A stretch of DNA of 64,000 nt, from NCBI GenBank assembly GCA_015487695.1, contig WFPF01000103.1, forward strand, positions 19,504 to 83,503. The letters run 5' to 3'. The notes under the pieces were generated by a model. It was not told the DNA's origin. It was given only the letters and a program-made list of their open reading frames with translations, and made no database searches. Positions within the stretch are counted from its first letter, which is position 1; each line of letters opens with the position of its first letter. This DNA comes from Chitinophagales bacterium. Lineage in GTDB: Bacteria > Bacteroidota > Bacteroidia > Chitinophagales > S012-47. The position numbers and the translations under genes are program-made. Positions 1 through 8,945 of this stretch are shown here, in pieces.

Positions 1-307
1 TTCCGTATACTTTCTGATCCCGGTATATTTTAACATCCGAGAAAAGGCCCGTTTTCCAGATATTGCGGATGGCCTGTGCTATTTGCTCCCCGGGCATTTC
101 AATCTGGTCGCCTACTTTCAGCCCCGACCTCGCTATGATTACTTCTTCGCGTATGTTTTCCGTGCCGATAACTTTTATCTGCCCGATTTCGTAGCTCTTC
201 GGAATGAGATAATCCACAGCATTGCTGTCGATTCCTTTGCCGCTTTGGGCATTCAGTCCGATACTCAGTGTGAGGATGACGGAAATTGTAAAAATCAAGT
301 ACCTCAT
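1..307 (-). CDS. bamA: Outer membrane protein assembly factor BamA, N-terminal fragment (continues beyond window start)
   Basis: It is absent from the ORF track because there is no stop codon in the window. My reverse translation from the ATG (cat at 305-307) gives MRYLIFTISVILTLSIGLNAQSGKGIDSNAVDYLIPKSYEIGQIKVIGTENIREEVIIARSGLKVGDQIEMPGEQIAQAIRNIWKTGLFSDVKIYRDQKVYG with no stop. This is a signal peptide followed by a POTRA-1-like segment. It lies directly downstream of uppS, which is the conserved uppS-bamA arrangement. Confidence 0.7.
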   Translation of the reverse strand, partial: MRYLIFTISVILTLSIGLNAQSGKGIDSNAVDYLIPKSYEIGQIKVIGTENIREEVIIARSGLKVGDQIEMPGEQIAQAIRNIWKTGLFSDVKIYRDQKVYG

Positions 308-1050
308 TGTCCTATTATTTGCTCGCTAATTTTACCAAACCTTCTTTCTCTGTTCTGATAGGAAACAATGGCGTCATATAAATCTTTTTTTCTGAAATCG
401 GGCCAGAGGGTTTGCGTAAAATAGAGTTCCGTGTAGGCCAGTTGCCAGAGGAGGAAATTGCTGATGCGCATTTCACCACTGGTTCTGATCATCAGTTCGG
501 GATCAGGAATGCCGGCCGTATTTAGATGGGCCGAGATCAAATCCTCCGTAATCTCATCTTTCTGCAAAATACCTTTTTTCACTTTATCGCTGATTTCTTT
601 GAGCGCCTCCTTCAATTCCCACCTTCCCCCATAGCTCAGGGCCAAAATTAAGGTCATCCGTTCATTATTGCGTGTTAAATCTATGGCTTGCCTCAACTCC
701 TCCTGTCCTTTGGGGGGCAAATTTGCAATATCACCGATGGCTCGCAGCCTGATTTTGTTTTTTTGCAAAGTTTCTGCTTCCTTTCGAATAGTACTAACGA
801 GCAATTGCATCAATGCGTTGACTTCGAGCTTGGGCCGGTCCCAGTTTTCTTTTGAAAATGCATAAAGGGTGAGGTACTCAATGCCCAGTTCGGCCGCTCC
901 TTCGGTCACCTCTCTTACTGATTTCACGGCACTGCGATGACCAAAGACACGATGTTTGCCGTATTTCTTTGCCCAGCGCCCGTTGCCATCCATAATAATG
1001 GCAATATGCCGGGGCAACTTTTCTTTGTTGATTTGTTCAGTGGATGCCAT
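304..1050 (-). CDS. uppS: Di-trans,poly-cis-undecaprenyl-diphosphate synthase (isoprenyl transferase)
   Basis: HIAIIMDGNGRWAKK and IRTSGEMRISNFLLWQLAYTELYF are diagnostic cis-prenyltransferase motifs. I trimmed the start to MASTEQ (ATG at 1050) because an exact -7 box sits 6 nt upstream. The longest ORF would start at 1068. Confidence 0.93.
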   Translation of the reverse strand: MASTEQINKEKLPRHIAIIMDGNGRWAKKYGKHRVFGHRSAVKSVREVTEGAAELGIEYLTLYAFSKENWDRPKLEVNALMQLLVSTIRKEAETLQKNKIRLRAIGDIANLPPKGQEELRQAIDLTRNNERMTLILALSYGGRWELKEALKEISDKVKKGILQKDEITEDLISAHLNTAGIPDPELMIRTSGEMRISNFLLWQLAYTELYFTQTLWPDFRKKDLYDAIVSYQNRERRFGKISEQIIGQ

Positions 1051-1056
1051 GGGCTG

Positions 1057-1064
1057 CAAAATTA
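1057..1064 (-). promoter_or_regulatory. -7 promoter box TAATTTTG, 6 nt upstream of the uppS ATG (1050)
   Basis: It is an exact match to the Bacteroidota consensus TAnnTTTG. It overlaps the stop codon of the upstream gene. Confidence 0.45.
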
Positions 1065-1931
1065 CCACTTTTCAAAGATGCTGTTGCCCGGAGCCGGACA
1101 GCGCCTTTTTCGGATCGTTAAAGCCATATTGATTCCCATGAACAGATAGTGGTCAAAATTTTCAAAGTTTCCCCTTTGCCGCCCTTCCAGACCAATGGGC
1201 TCGGAGGCAAGCTCCGCTGAACGGTCGGCCAGTAGGGCCGCAATGCCGCCATCGCGACCCGAAGCTATGACATCATTGTCGACATAATGCGTGCTGATGT
1301 CATCCAGATAATCGGTGAAAGTGCTCCGATAGCCCACCTCGAAGCCCATGGAAAAGCCCTTGTGAATGCTCAGTTTGAGCCCCCCACCGTAGAGAAATGC
1401 CCAACTGACACGCGAGTAGGGCTCATTGCCCGAATACTGCGGAAATTGCTGTCCCTCGGTACCCAGCGGCTGAAGATTGTACCAGGTGCCGTCATAATAA
1501 GCCTGCGGATTGAAGTAAAAAAGAGAAAATCCTGCCAGCACATAAGGTGTGGCCGAATTGTGATCGCTGTTCAGTATGTATTTAAAAAAATTAAATTCGA
1601 GCTGACCGGAAAGGTCGAAGACACGGGTGCGGAAGCTGAGATTGCGAAACTGATTGTAAATATTGTTTGATAAGTGATCATCACCTACCAGTGTAGCCGC
1701 GTTGAGCGAGGTCTTCCATGCTATTCGCGGGTTAAAGTTGATTCGGCTGAAGACTCCCCCGGCCGGACGAAGCGTCTGATAAATATTGGGATAGGCCGGA
1801 GTGATGTCACCTACGTATGCCGAAGTGCCCAGCCAAAAGCCGAAGCTGTACTTTTGAGAAAACAACCTGTCCTGAGCCTTCATGGAAAGACTGAAACAGA
1901 GTAGAAAAAGAATGGCAGTAAGTGACCTCAT
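1062..1931 (-). CDS. Outer-membrane beta-barrel protein (DUF6089-like), paralogue A
   Basis: The ORF is trimmed to the signal peptide MRSLTAILFLLCFSLSMKAQ. It is Gly- and aromatic-rich with an alternating strand pattern. It shares the block W(Y/V).LQPLGTEGQ..PQY...YSR with the neighbouring gene. The family name is from memory. Confidence 0.6.
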   Translation of the reverse strand: MRSLTAILFLLCFSLSMKAQDRLFSQKYSFGFWLGTSAYVGDITPAYPNIYQTLRPAGGVFSRINFNPRIAWKTSLNAATLVGDDHLSNNIYNQFRNLSFRTRVFDLSGQLEFNFFKYILNSDHNSATPYVLAGFSLFYFNPQAYYDGTWYNLQPLGTEGQQFPQYSGNEPYSRVSWAFLYGGGLKLSIHKGFSMGFEVGYRSTFTDYLDDISTHYVDNDVIASGRDGGIAALLADRSAELASEPIGLEGRQRGNFENFDHYLFMGINMALTIRKRRCPAPGNSIFEKW

Positions 1932-1949
1932 AGTGCGCTCAAAAAGCTG

Positions 1950-1957
1950 CAAAAGTA
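1950..1957 (-). promoter_or_regulatory. -7 promoter box TACTTTTG, 18 nt upstream of ATG 1931
   Basis: It is an exact TAnnTTTG match in the intergenic region and is correctly oriented. Confidence 0.5.
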
Positions 1958-2022
1958 GCTAAATTCAGTAAGTAACGTAGTATAGCGCTCTATCTTATAC
2001 GGAATGTATTTTGGATGGCAGT

Positions 2023-2958
2023 TTAAAACAATTTTGGACAGTAAAGCTGGTTGTTGCCCTTTTTGCTGATAATCCACGACATGGAAAATATTCCGGCAAA
2101 AGTATAGCCGTCAAAATCCGAAGGATCGCCCCTTTGTTCTCCGGGAGCGGTAGCTTGTGGATAGCTTTTGTCGCTGCGGTCAGCCAAAGCGGTTATCAGA
2201 TCAGCCGTATTGTCGTCATAGGCCTGGTAAATAAATGCCGGATCGGGATATACGGTGCTCACATCGTCAATATAATCCGTGGTGGTAAATCGATGAGAGA
2301 TTTCAAAACTAAAGACCACATCTTTGCTGAAATTATATTTTAACCCCATACCCACAGGGAAAGCAAGTGCAATACGCGAGTATTTCTTCTTACCGGGATA
2401 CTGGGGCAAGCCCTGCCCTTCAGTCCCCAGTGGCTGCAATTCCACCCATGTGCCGTTATATAGGGCCTTCGGATTGAAGTAAAATGCACCAATGCCAAAG
2501 GTGCCATAAATCGTAAAAGGATACTGATCACTGCCCGGTATGTATGGCAGGAAGTTGATATCAATGGTGGTCGATACCTCAAAGATATTGGACTTGAAAC
2601 TCAGATTCCGGTACTTTCGTGACCAGCCCAAATCGCTCGGATCATTGGCACCGCCCAGTGCATCGTCTCCGCTCACCATGGTATAAAATGCATTGAAGCG
2701 AATACCCATAATATGTGTGAAGTTGTAATGCAGATAAGCACCTATGGCCGGACGGGTGACCGGTGGATCCAGATCACGGATAAAAGGAGCGCCCAGCCCC
2801 CTGGAACCACCCAAATCGCCAAAGAAAGTAGAAGCGCCTATGGAAACTCCTGCCTGAACGGTTTTGCCTGTTGGCGCACCGTAGCGTTGGGCATGCAATG
2901 CGGAGGCGTTTGCAAATAAGAGTGAAATGGCAATAAAAAGGGTACTGAGAAATTTCAT
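2023..2958 (-). CDS. Outer-membrane beta-barrel protein (DUF6089-like), paralogue B
   Basis: The ORF is trimmed to MKFLSTLFIAISLLFANASALHAQ (ATG at 2958). It is co-linear with 1062-1931 (YFNPKALYNGTWVELQPLGTEGQGLPQY vs YFNPQAYYDGTWYNLQPLGTEGQQFPQY). Confidence 0.6.
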   Translation of the reverse strand: MKFLSTLFIAISLLFANASALHAQRYGAPTGKTVQAGVSIGASTFFGDLGGSRGLGAPFIRDLDPPVTRPAIGAYLHYNFTHIMGIRFNAFYTMVSGDDALGGANDPSDLGWSRKYRNLSFKSNIFEVSTTIDINFLPYIPGSDQYPFTIYGTFGIGAFYFNPKALYNGTWVELQPLGTEGQGLPQYPGKKKYSRIALAFPVGMGLKYNFSKDVVFSFEISHRFTTTDYIDDVSTVYPDPAFIYQAYDDNTADLITALADRSDKSYPQATAPGEQRGDPSDFDGYTFAGIFSMSWIISKKGNNQLYCPKLF

Positions 2959-3063
2959 GTAGTCCGGTGTTTCATTGGTTTTTAATACTACGAATTTGGG
3001 TGTGAATTGTTGCAAAGGTCTGAAAAATAAGAAACTCCAATAGCCTCTTGTCTGTATTTATGT

Positions 3064-3945
3064 TTAAAAATTTCTTTTGTCATAGCCCCAGTGCAGCTTA
3101 TTTCTTAAAGTCTTCAGGAAATTATTCTCCGGCAGACGGATGAGATTAAAGCTAAAATCCGCCTTCCTGACGATGAGTTCGTGCTGCGATTTGATTTCCT
3201 CCTGCCTTGAATCGAGTGTACAGTAAAACTGATCCTGCCGGCTTTCCGGCTCGAAACGTATTCGCGAATCATCGGGGACTACAATGGGGCGCACACTCAG
3301 ATTGTGAGGTGCCACGGGCGTAATCACAAAACTCTCTGACTCCGGCAAAATGATGGGACCTCCGCAGCTGAGAGAGTAGGCCGTGCTGCCGGTCGGGGTG
3401 GCTACAATGAGTCCGTCTGCCCAAAAGGTGGTCAGAAACTCCTCGTTGATATACGTATTGATACGGATCATCGAGGTGCTTTCCCGCTTGTGAATGGTAA
3501 ATTCATTTAATCCGTAGTTGATTTCTCCGAAAAGATGGGGCTCGGCATCGAGGCGAATCATCGAACGTTTGTCAATCAGGTATTTCCCCTCCTCCAGTGC
3601 ATTGAGTGCATGGCTGATTTCTTCCTTTCCGATAGATGAAAGAAAACCAAGCCTCCCGATATTAATCCCCAAAACCGGAATGCCGCTGTCACGAATAAAA
3701 GTCAGCGTATCCAGCAGCGTTCCATCTCCACCGATGCTAATCAGATAGTCTGTTTTCCCGAGGAGATCATGATGTTTATGGAAACTCTGCAGCCGGCCCA
3801 GCTCAGGGATGTCTTCCTGCAGTTCACGCTGAAATCGCTTAAAAACCTTTATTTCCGCATTTCGCCTGTCCAGCTCATGAAAAAGCAAACGGATAAAAGG
3901 GAGCTTCTCTGCATCGGGTTTCCTGCCGTAGATGGCCACTCTCAT
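3064..3945 (-). CDS. nadK: NAD kinase
   Basis: It carries the NAD kinase motifs GGDGTLL, GINIGRLGFL and ATPTGSTAYSLSCGGPI. The size is typical at 293 aa. Confidence 0.9.
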   Translation of the reverse strand: MRVAIYGRKPDAEKLPFIRLLFHELDRRNAEIKVFKRFQRELQEDIPELGRLQSFHKHHDLLGKTDYLISIGGDGTLLDTLTFIRDSGIPVLGINIGRLGFLSSIGKEEISHALNALEEGKYLIDKRSMIRLDAEPHLFGEINYGLNEFTIHKRESTSMIRINTYINEEFLTTFWADGLIVATPTGSTAYSLSCGGPIILPESESFVITPVAPHNLSVRPIVVPDDSRIRFEPESRQDQFYCTLDSRQEEIKSQHELIVRKADFSFNLIRLPENNFLKTLRNKLHWGYDKRNF

Positions 3946-3948
3946 TGT

Positions 3949-5367
3949 TCACCAGTTTAAATGTAAATATATTCCTTTTTGGAGCATATTGTTGACCGTA
4001 TACGCTACGGAGAAGGCATATTCGTTGAGAAATACCAGGTCTATTCCGATTCCGCTACCGAACAATGCTTTGTTGGCCAGCGGATCGGACAAATCACCGT
4101 TGGAATTAAGCACAACACCCCCGTCAACAAGCATTTTGAGGTATACATCAACCGGAAGACTGCGGAAAAAACGACTTATGGATTGGGGGCTCAGGAAATC
4201 GATTCCCACGGCATGCCATTTGATTTCGTTGTTGCTTATGAAGTAGTGCTGCCCGCTGATCACAAAAAGTTCATATCCGCGGACCAGTTCCTGTCCAAAG
4301 CCAAAAGCCCGCTGCAGAAAGAAATTCCTTTCTTCGCCCCGGGAGATTCTTATCTTAATCTGATGTCTTGTATACCAGTCAGGAAACCACTTCTGGTAGA
4401 GGCTGCCTTTGATTCGTAATTCCGTAAGGTTCACATCCGAAAAGAGCGAGAATCCGCTTTGCGCAAGTGAAATGCTCAGTTCGCTCCCATTGAGGGGATA
4501 GCGAAAATGATCACTTTGATTCATCTGAAACTCCAGCACTCCCCTGAGATAGTGAAGTTCTCTGTGGAGCCCGAAGAAGAAAGGATTTTGTGCAAGCACT
4601 TCTTCCTCTGCCCGGGTGCTGCGCAGACTCAGTGACGTTCTGACGAGGTACTCGGCTGCCGGCCGGAAGCTCAGGGCCAGGCTATACACTTTTTCGTGCA
4701 GGGCAAAGTCCTCTGACTCGTTATATATCAGCCTGTTGTTCAGATATTGCAAGCCAAAGATCCGCTTCCTGGCGAGGGCTGCTTTGATCTCTACCCCCCA
4801 CTTATAGTCAGAAGAAAGGTGCGGCATGATGAGCTGCACACTGCCCGCCTGATTAAATCCGGTTTCGAAATAAGCGGAAAACTGCTCGCCCCCGCCAAAT
4901 GGGTTGTTTGCAAAAATGCCGGCACCGGCTGTGATCCTGCGCAGTGAAAACTGATGCAATTTCCACCATTCGCTCACATTTCTGTCAGCCAGTTGCAGCG
5001 AAACACTTCCGCTGACCAGCGGCTTTTCCCGCACGCTGACCTCCACGGCCGTATGTCCCGCCCGGTAATAGAGCAGCGTAATTCCCACTTCGCTGAACAG
5101 CCGGCTGCGATAGAGATGAAAACGGCTGCTTTCCAGCGAAAGCAGCAGACGGTCAAGATAAAGGGTATCTCCCGCTTTAAACTCGAGCAGGGAAGTAATC
5201 AGCGATAGCTGTGTGCGCGTATATCCCGAAATATGAACCGAATCAATGACCACCTGCTGCCGTACCCGTTCGCCAAATGCGGGGGCCTGCGCCTGCAAGT
5301 CCCGCAGCGGAGCAGTTATAAGCAAAAAGAACAGGGCAAGAAAAGAAATATAATGCCTTGCAGTCAA
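3949..5367 (-). CDS. Omp85/BamA-TamA superfamily outer membrane protein (POTRA + beta-barrel), function unknown
   Basis: The start codon is TTG (caa at 5365-5367). There is a signal peptide ending LQAQA, then a POTRA-like segment (IDSVHISGYTRTQLSLITSLLEFKAGDTLY). The C-terminal barrel is long and ends in an aromatic residue (..YLHLNW). Confidence 0.55.
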   Translation of the reverse strand: MTARHYISFLALFFLLITAPLRDLQAQAPAFGERVRQQVVIDSVHISGYTRTQLSLITSLLEFKAGDTLYLDRLLLSLESSRFHLYRSRLFSEVGITLLYYRAGHTAVEVSVREKPLVSGSVSLQLADRNVSEWWKLHQFSLRRITAGAGIFANNPFGGGEQFSAYFETGFNQAGSVQLIMPHLSSDYKWGVEIKAALARKRIFGLQYLNNRLIYNESEDFALHEKVYSLALSFRPAAEYLVRTSLSLRSTRAEEEVLAQNPFFFGLHRELHYLRGVLEFQMNQSDHFRYPLNGSELSISLAQSGFSLFSDVNLTELRIKGSLYQKWFPDWYTRHQIKIRISRGEERNFFLQRAFGFGQELVRGYELFVISGQHYFISNNEIKWHAVGIDFLSPQSISRFFRSLPVDVYLKMLVDGGVVLNSNGDLSDPLANKALFGSGIGIDLVFLNEYAFSVAYTVNNMLQKGIYLHLNW

Positions 5368-5373
5368 AACAGA

Positions 5374-6036
5374 TCAGATATCAAGATATTTCAAAAAGCT
5401 GTCAAAGCGATCCATCAGATCTTCTTCAATGGCCGATTTATCGAATACATCAATCACCTCATACTGATAGCGATGGAAAGAGGAGACGATGTCTTTCAGG
5501 TTTTCCCTGTTCAGCTTCAGCACCACTTCTATGCGGCCGTTGCCCGGCTTCGACCGCGTCAGCAGACTGAGTACCAAAGCATTGTTTGACTCTACGATGC
5601 GCGTGATCTCCGATGCCGAATAGTCTCTTGAATTTACGGATAGGGTGATCACCCCGCCCGGCTCGTTGACAGCGCTCAGCCTTGCCATTTCATATACAAG
5701 GGCATCCAGGAGGATGCAACCTTTATAGTTTTTCTCTTCATCCACTACGGGCACACAACTCAGCCGAAGCGAGCTCACCAGACGGATCACCTCAAAATAA
5801 TGGTCATTCTCCTGCACATAAGGGCGGTAGTAGGTCAGCTGTATGTCTCCGACTGCACGGGCGGCATCTTCCGCTTCCAGCAATTCTTCTTCTGATACAA
5901 GTCCAAGAAACTGAGCATCGTTGACGATCGGGAGATGACTTACCTTGTATTCGGACATTAACTCTAGTGCGCGGTCAATGCTGTCGGATGTTTTTAGGGG
6001 TGGAATGGCTTCGCTAATCAGTTCATAGGCACGCAT
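5374..6036 (-). CDS. CBS domain-containing protein
   Basis: It has two CBS repeats (VSHLPIVNDAQFLGLVSEEELL and LSCVPVVDEEKNYKGCILLDALV). I trimmed the start to MRAYEL (ATG at 6036), which abuts the upstream stop instead of overlapping it by about 90 nt. Confidence 0.8.
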   Translation of the reverse strand: MRAYELISEAIPPLKTSDSIDRALELMSEYKVSHLPIVNDAQFLGLVSEEELLEAEDAARAVGDIQLTYYRPYVQENDHYFEVIRLVSSLRLSCVPVVDEEKNYKGCILLDALVYEMARLSAVNEPGGVITLSVNSRDYSASEITRIVESNNALVLSLLTRSKPGNGRIEVVLKLNRENLKDIVSSFHRYQYEVIDVFDKSAIEEDLMDRFDSFLKYLDI

Positions 6037-6038
6037 GA

Positions 6039-6806
6039 TCAGGATGTTTGATAGACCTTTTCCAAAAACTGAGCCAACAGCGTATTGAACTCCCCGGGAC
6101 GCTCCATCATCGGAGCATGTCCGCACTTTTCAATGATATGTAACTCCCCGTTGGGAAGCAATTCTTTAAATTGTTCTCCTACGAAAGGCGGAGTGATCCT
6201 GTCATCCGCCCCCCATATCAAAAGGGCAGGCTGGGTGATCTTGCCCAGTTTCTTCGCCAGATTATTGCGGATGGCCGATTTAGCCGTGGAAATGACCCGA
6301 ATGGCCTTGCTGCGATTGTTGACGATCTCAAAAACCTCATCTACCAGTTCTTTGCTGGCCGACTTCGGATCGTAGAAAGTGTATTCGGTGCGTTCTTTAA
6401 TAAACTGGTAATCTCCCCGCTTGGGGAAAGTATCTCCGAGAGATTGCTCAAACAAACCCGAACTGCCCGTCAAGACAATCGCTTTCACTTTTTCCGGTTC
6501 TTCGAGCGTATACATCAGGGTGATATGCCCGCCCAAAGAGTTTCCGATGACCGTCATATCACGGTATCCCTTGTAGGCTACAAATTTTTTGACGTAATTG
6601 GTCAGGCCCGTCAGGGTGGCCCGGTGAAGAGGCAATTCGAAAATGGGCAAAATCGGTATAACGACTTTGTAATTGTCCTTAAAAGCTTCTACCTGATATT
6701 GATAATTGCTGAGTGCACCAAAGAGCCCGTGCAAGAAAAGCAATACATGTCCTTCACCCTCTTCAACATATTTAAATTTTCCTTCTTCCTTTATATCAAA
6801 TTTCAT
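6039..6806 (-). CDS. Alpha/beta hydrolase
   Basis: It has the HGLFG oxyanion region, the nucleophile elbow GNSLGGH (GxSxG) and a C-terminal CGHAPMMERP histidine motif. Confidence 0.85.
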   Translation of the reverse strand: MKFDIKEEGKFKYVEEGEGHVLLFLHGLFGALSNYQYQVEAFKDNYKVVIPILPIFELPLHRATLTGLTNYVKKFVAYKGYRDMTVIGNSLGGHITLMYTLEEPEKVKAIVLTGSSGLFEQSLGDTFPKRGDYQFIKERTEYTFYDPKSASKELVDEVFEIVNNRSKAIRVISTAKSAIRNNLAKKLGKITQPALLIWGADDRITPPFVGEQFKELLPNGELHIIEKCGHAPMMERPGEFNTLLAQFLEKVYQTS

Positions 6807-6834
6807 CGAAGGCTATTTACTTATTAATGAAAGA

Positions 6835-6842
6835 CAAAAATA
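6835..6842 (-). promoter_or_regulatory. -7 promoter box TATTTTTG, 28 nt upstream of ATG 6806
   Basis: It is an exact TAnnTTTG match in the intergenic region and is correctly oriented. Confidence 0.5.
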
Positions 6843-6896
6843 GGGGATATTTTTAAGATCAGGTGGCAATCCATTCCGGGCAAATTGCGAATTAAA

Positions 6897-7433
6897 TTAC
6901 TGCTGCTCTTTTATATCCCGGTTAATCAGTGAATCCAGTTCCACATAGGTTTCGCGGGCAATGGGGCCCAGCGCTTCCAGCTTTTTGATTAGCTCCGGAG
7001 AATAACTCTCTACCAGCGGATAGCTCAGTGAGCGCTGAAGCTCGTCCTGCGGCAGCAACTGATAGCGCGCCATAAACCAAAGGGCCGTACTGAAGATAAA
7101 AAGCGAAAGCATCAACCATACGAGCGCACCACTGAGCTTGTTGATCATGTTGAGTTTCAACGCCTTCAAAACAGCTTCCAGTGCTGTGGCCAAGAAAAGA
7201 AGCAGGCCGGTAATGAGCAGAAAAACCAGCACAAAAGACAAAAGGGGCAAATAATGCGGGTCAATATCAAATCGCTCGCTCAAAAACTCAGAAGCCTCCA
7301 GTGAAAAGTTTAAGGCTCCGTATACTCCCAGCACCAAACCCAGCAGGAAAAAGACGGAATGCAGGATTCCTTTGCGGTATCCGGTCAGGAAGCCCAGGGC
7401 CGCCATTACCAGAAATGCCAGGTCGATATACAT
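6897..7433 (-). CDS. CvpA family membrane protein
   Basis: It is 178 aa with four hydrophobic helices. The N-terminus MYIDLAFLVMAALGFLTGYRKGILHSVFFLLG is typical of the CvpA (colicin V production) family. Confidence 0.6.
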   Translation of the reverse strand: MYIDLAFLVMAALGFLTGYRKGILHSVFFLLGLVLGVYGALNFSLEASEFLSERFDIDPHYLPLLSFVLVFLLITGLLLFLATALEAVLKALKLNMINKLSGALVWLMLSLFIFSTALWFMARYQLLPQDELQRSLSYPLVESYSPELIKKLEALGPIARETYVELDSLINRDIKEQQ

Positions 7434-7436
7434 ATA

Positions 7437-7889
7437 TCAGGAGCTTAATAATTTTTTGGCAAGGGCAGCTATGCTTTTGTTGTCGGCCCTACCTGCGAGT
7501 CTGGCGGCAGCGGCTCCCATCACCTTGCCCATATCGCGGGGTTCCCGGGCACCTGTGCTTTCGATGACCTCACGCAGCACTTTTCCCAGCTCTTCTTCAC
7601 TTATCGCTTCGGGAAGAAACTCTTCAATAATCTCCAATTCCTCCCGCTCTATGACTGCCAGATCCTCCCTCCCCTCGCGTTCATATATCTCCAGTGAATC
7701 CTTTCTTTGCTTTGCCAGCTTCTGCAGGATTTTCAACGCATCCGCATCGTCCATATCCCGGCTGGTCCCCTTTTGGCTGCTTGCAAGCACAAAGGCCGTT
7801 TTAATGGCCCGGAGTGTTCGCAGTCGGGCCGGGTCTTTGGCACGCATGGCAGATTTCAATTCTTCATCAATGCGATTTTTCAGATTCAT
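7437..7889 (-). CDS. GatB/YqeY domain-containing protein
   Basis: It is 150 aa. The sequence IDEELKSAMRAKDPARLRTLRAIKTA ... GREPRDMGKVMG matches the YqeY family pattern. Confidence 0.85.
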   Translation of the reverse strand: MNLKNRIDEELKSAMRAKDPARLRTLRAIKTAFVLASSQKGTSRDMDDADALKILQKLAKQRKDSLEIYEREGREDLAVIEREELEIIEEFLPEAISEEELGKVLREVIESTGAREPRDMGKVMGAAAARLAGRADNKSIAALAKKLLSS

Positions 7890-7902
7890 GGCTTTTCCTT
7901 TT

Positions 7903-8103
7903 TTAATCTTCCTTTACTTCTTCATACTCGATATATTCCCCGATATCATCGGTGATATTTTTCTTTTTCTGCGCTGTGCGTTTTTCTCTGAAACGGGGGC
8001 CCTGCACAGGCCGCTCTTCTTTGTATCCTGACAAAAACGGCCGGATAAAGAGACGGGAAACATAGTAGACCAACAATGCAAATAAAAAAACTTTAAACAA
8101 CAT
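7903..8103 (-). CDS. Small single-pass membrane protein (DUF4834-like)
   Basis: It is 66 aa with an N-terminal TM helix (FKVFLFALLVYYVSRLF) and a charged tail. An exact -7 box lies 4 nt upstream of the ATG. The family name is tentative. Confidence 0.45.
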   Translation of the reverse strand: MLFKVFLFALLVYYVSRLFIRPFLSGYKEERPVQGPRFREKRTAQKKKNITDDIGEYIEYEEVKED

Positions 8104-8107
8104 GATA

Positions 8108-8115
8108 CAAAGTTA
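8108..8115 (-). promoter_or_regulatory. -7 promoter box TAACTTTG, 4 nt upstream of ATG 8103
   Basis: It is an exact TAnnTTTG match. The spacing implies a leaderless transcript. Confidence 0.45.
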
Positions 8116-8171
8116 ATGATTGGATAAATGTGCGTTTCAGATGAGACGTAAAAGGCAGGGGAAATATTTTC

Positions 8172-8945
8172 TCAGTTCATGCCCCGGCTGGCTTTTATTT
8201 CCTCAAATGCCTGCAAAATCTCCTGAAACTTCTCTTTCGCCTTTCGTTGAGCCTCCTCATCCTCTGAAGCAAACTTATCCGGGTGATGCACTTTGGCCAG
8301 ACTGCGAAAGGCATCACTCAGCTCTTCATTGCTGGCCTCCGGTGAAAGACCCAGGACCGAATAAGCCAGGGTGAGGCCCGTAAAGCCTGCCTGCCTCGCC
8401 CTCCGGTAAGCCGGCACTTCCACATCGAGTATTTCGGCCAGGTGATGCAGAAGCCTTACCATGCGATCATTTAAGCGATCTTCTCCGGCAGCCCGGAGGA
8501 TAAAAGTCAGCAGATTGCCCGCCTCTTCCTCGCTGATGGCGCCCTGCAATGCTCTTGCCAGCGCTTCCACATCGGCCGGAGGAACGGCAGTTTCTATCCG
8601 TGGAAGTTCATAGCTGTCAGGGGCTGCATCAAATATTGAAGCCAGCAGTGCGATGACTCTTTTTTCATCGGCCGGACTGACAGGGCCGCCTAGCTGTATC
8701 ATGCCATAGGCCATGCGAACATAGCTCCTCATCAACTGGTGCCGGGCAATCCGAACCTGGTCGGTCCCTTCAATCTGCATATCGGCCAGCAGACCCATGA
8801 CGGCAAAAAAGACAATGGCCGGCCCCGATACGAGCAAGATTCCAAAGCCCAGAAATATCCATTTCTGAATGCCGGTATAATAAAACTTTATCCGGATACC
8901 GCTCCGGTCTAATAAGACAATGTGTTTGCTCGGGAAATCGATCAT
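8172..8945 (-). CDS. J-domain (DnaJ) membrane protein with TerB-like middle region (DjlA-like)
   Basis: The C-terminal J domain is AYSVLGLSPEASNEELSDAFRSLAKVHHPDKF, which includes the HPD tripeptide. There is an N-terminal TM segment. The start overlaps the upstream gene by 4 nt. Confidence 0.75.
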   Translation of the reverse strand: MIDFPSKHIVLLDRSGIRIKFYYTGIQKWIFLGFGILLVSGPAIVFFAVMGLLADMQIEGTDQVRIARHQLMRSYVRMAYGMIQLGGPVSPADEKRVIALLASIFDAAPDSYELPRIETAVPPADVEALARALQGAISEEEAGNLLTFILRAAGEDRLNDRMVRLLHHLAEILDVEVPAYRRARQAGFTGLTLAYSVLGLSPEASNEELSDAFRSLAKVHHPDKFASEDEEAQRKAKEKFQEILQAFEEIKASRGMN

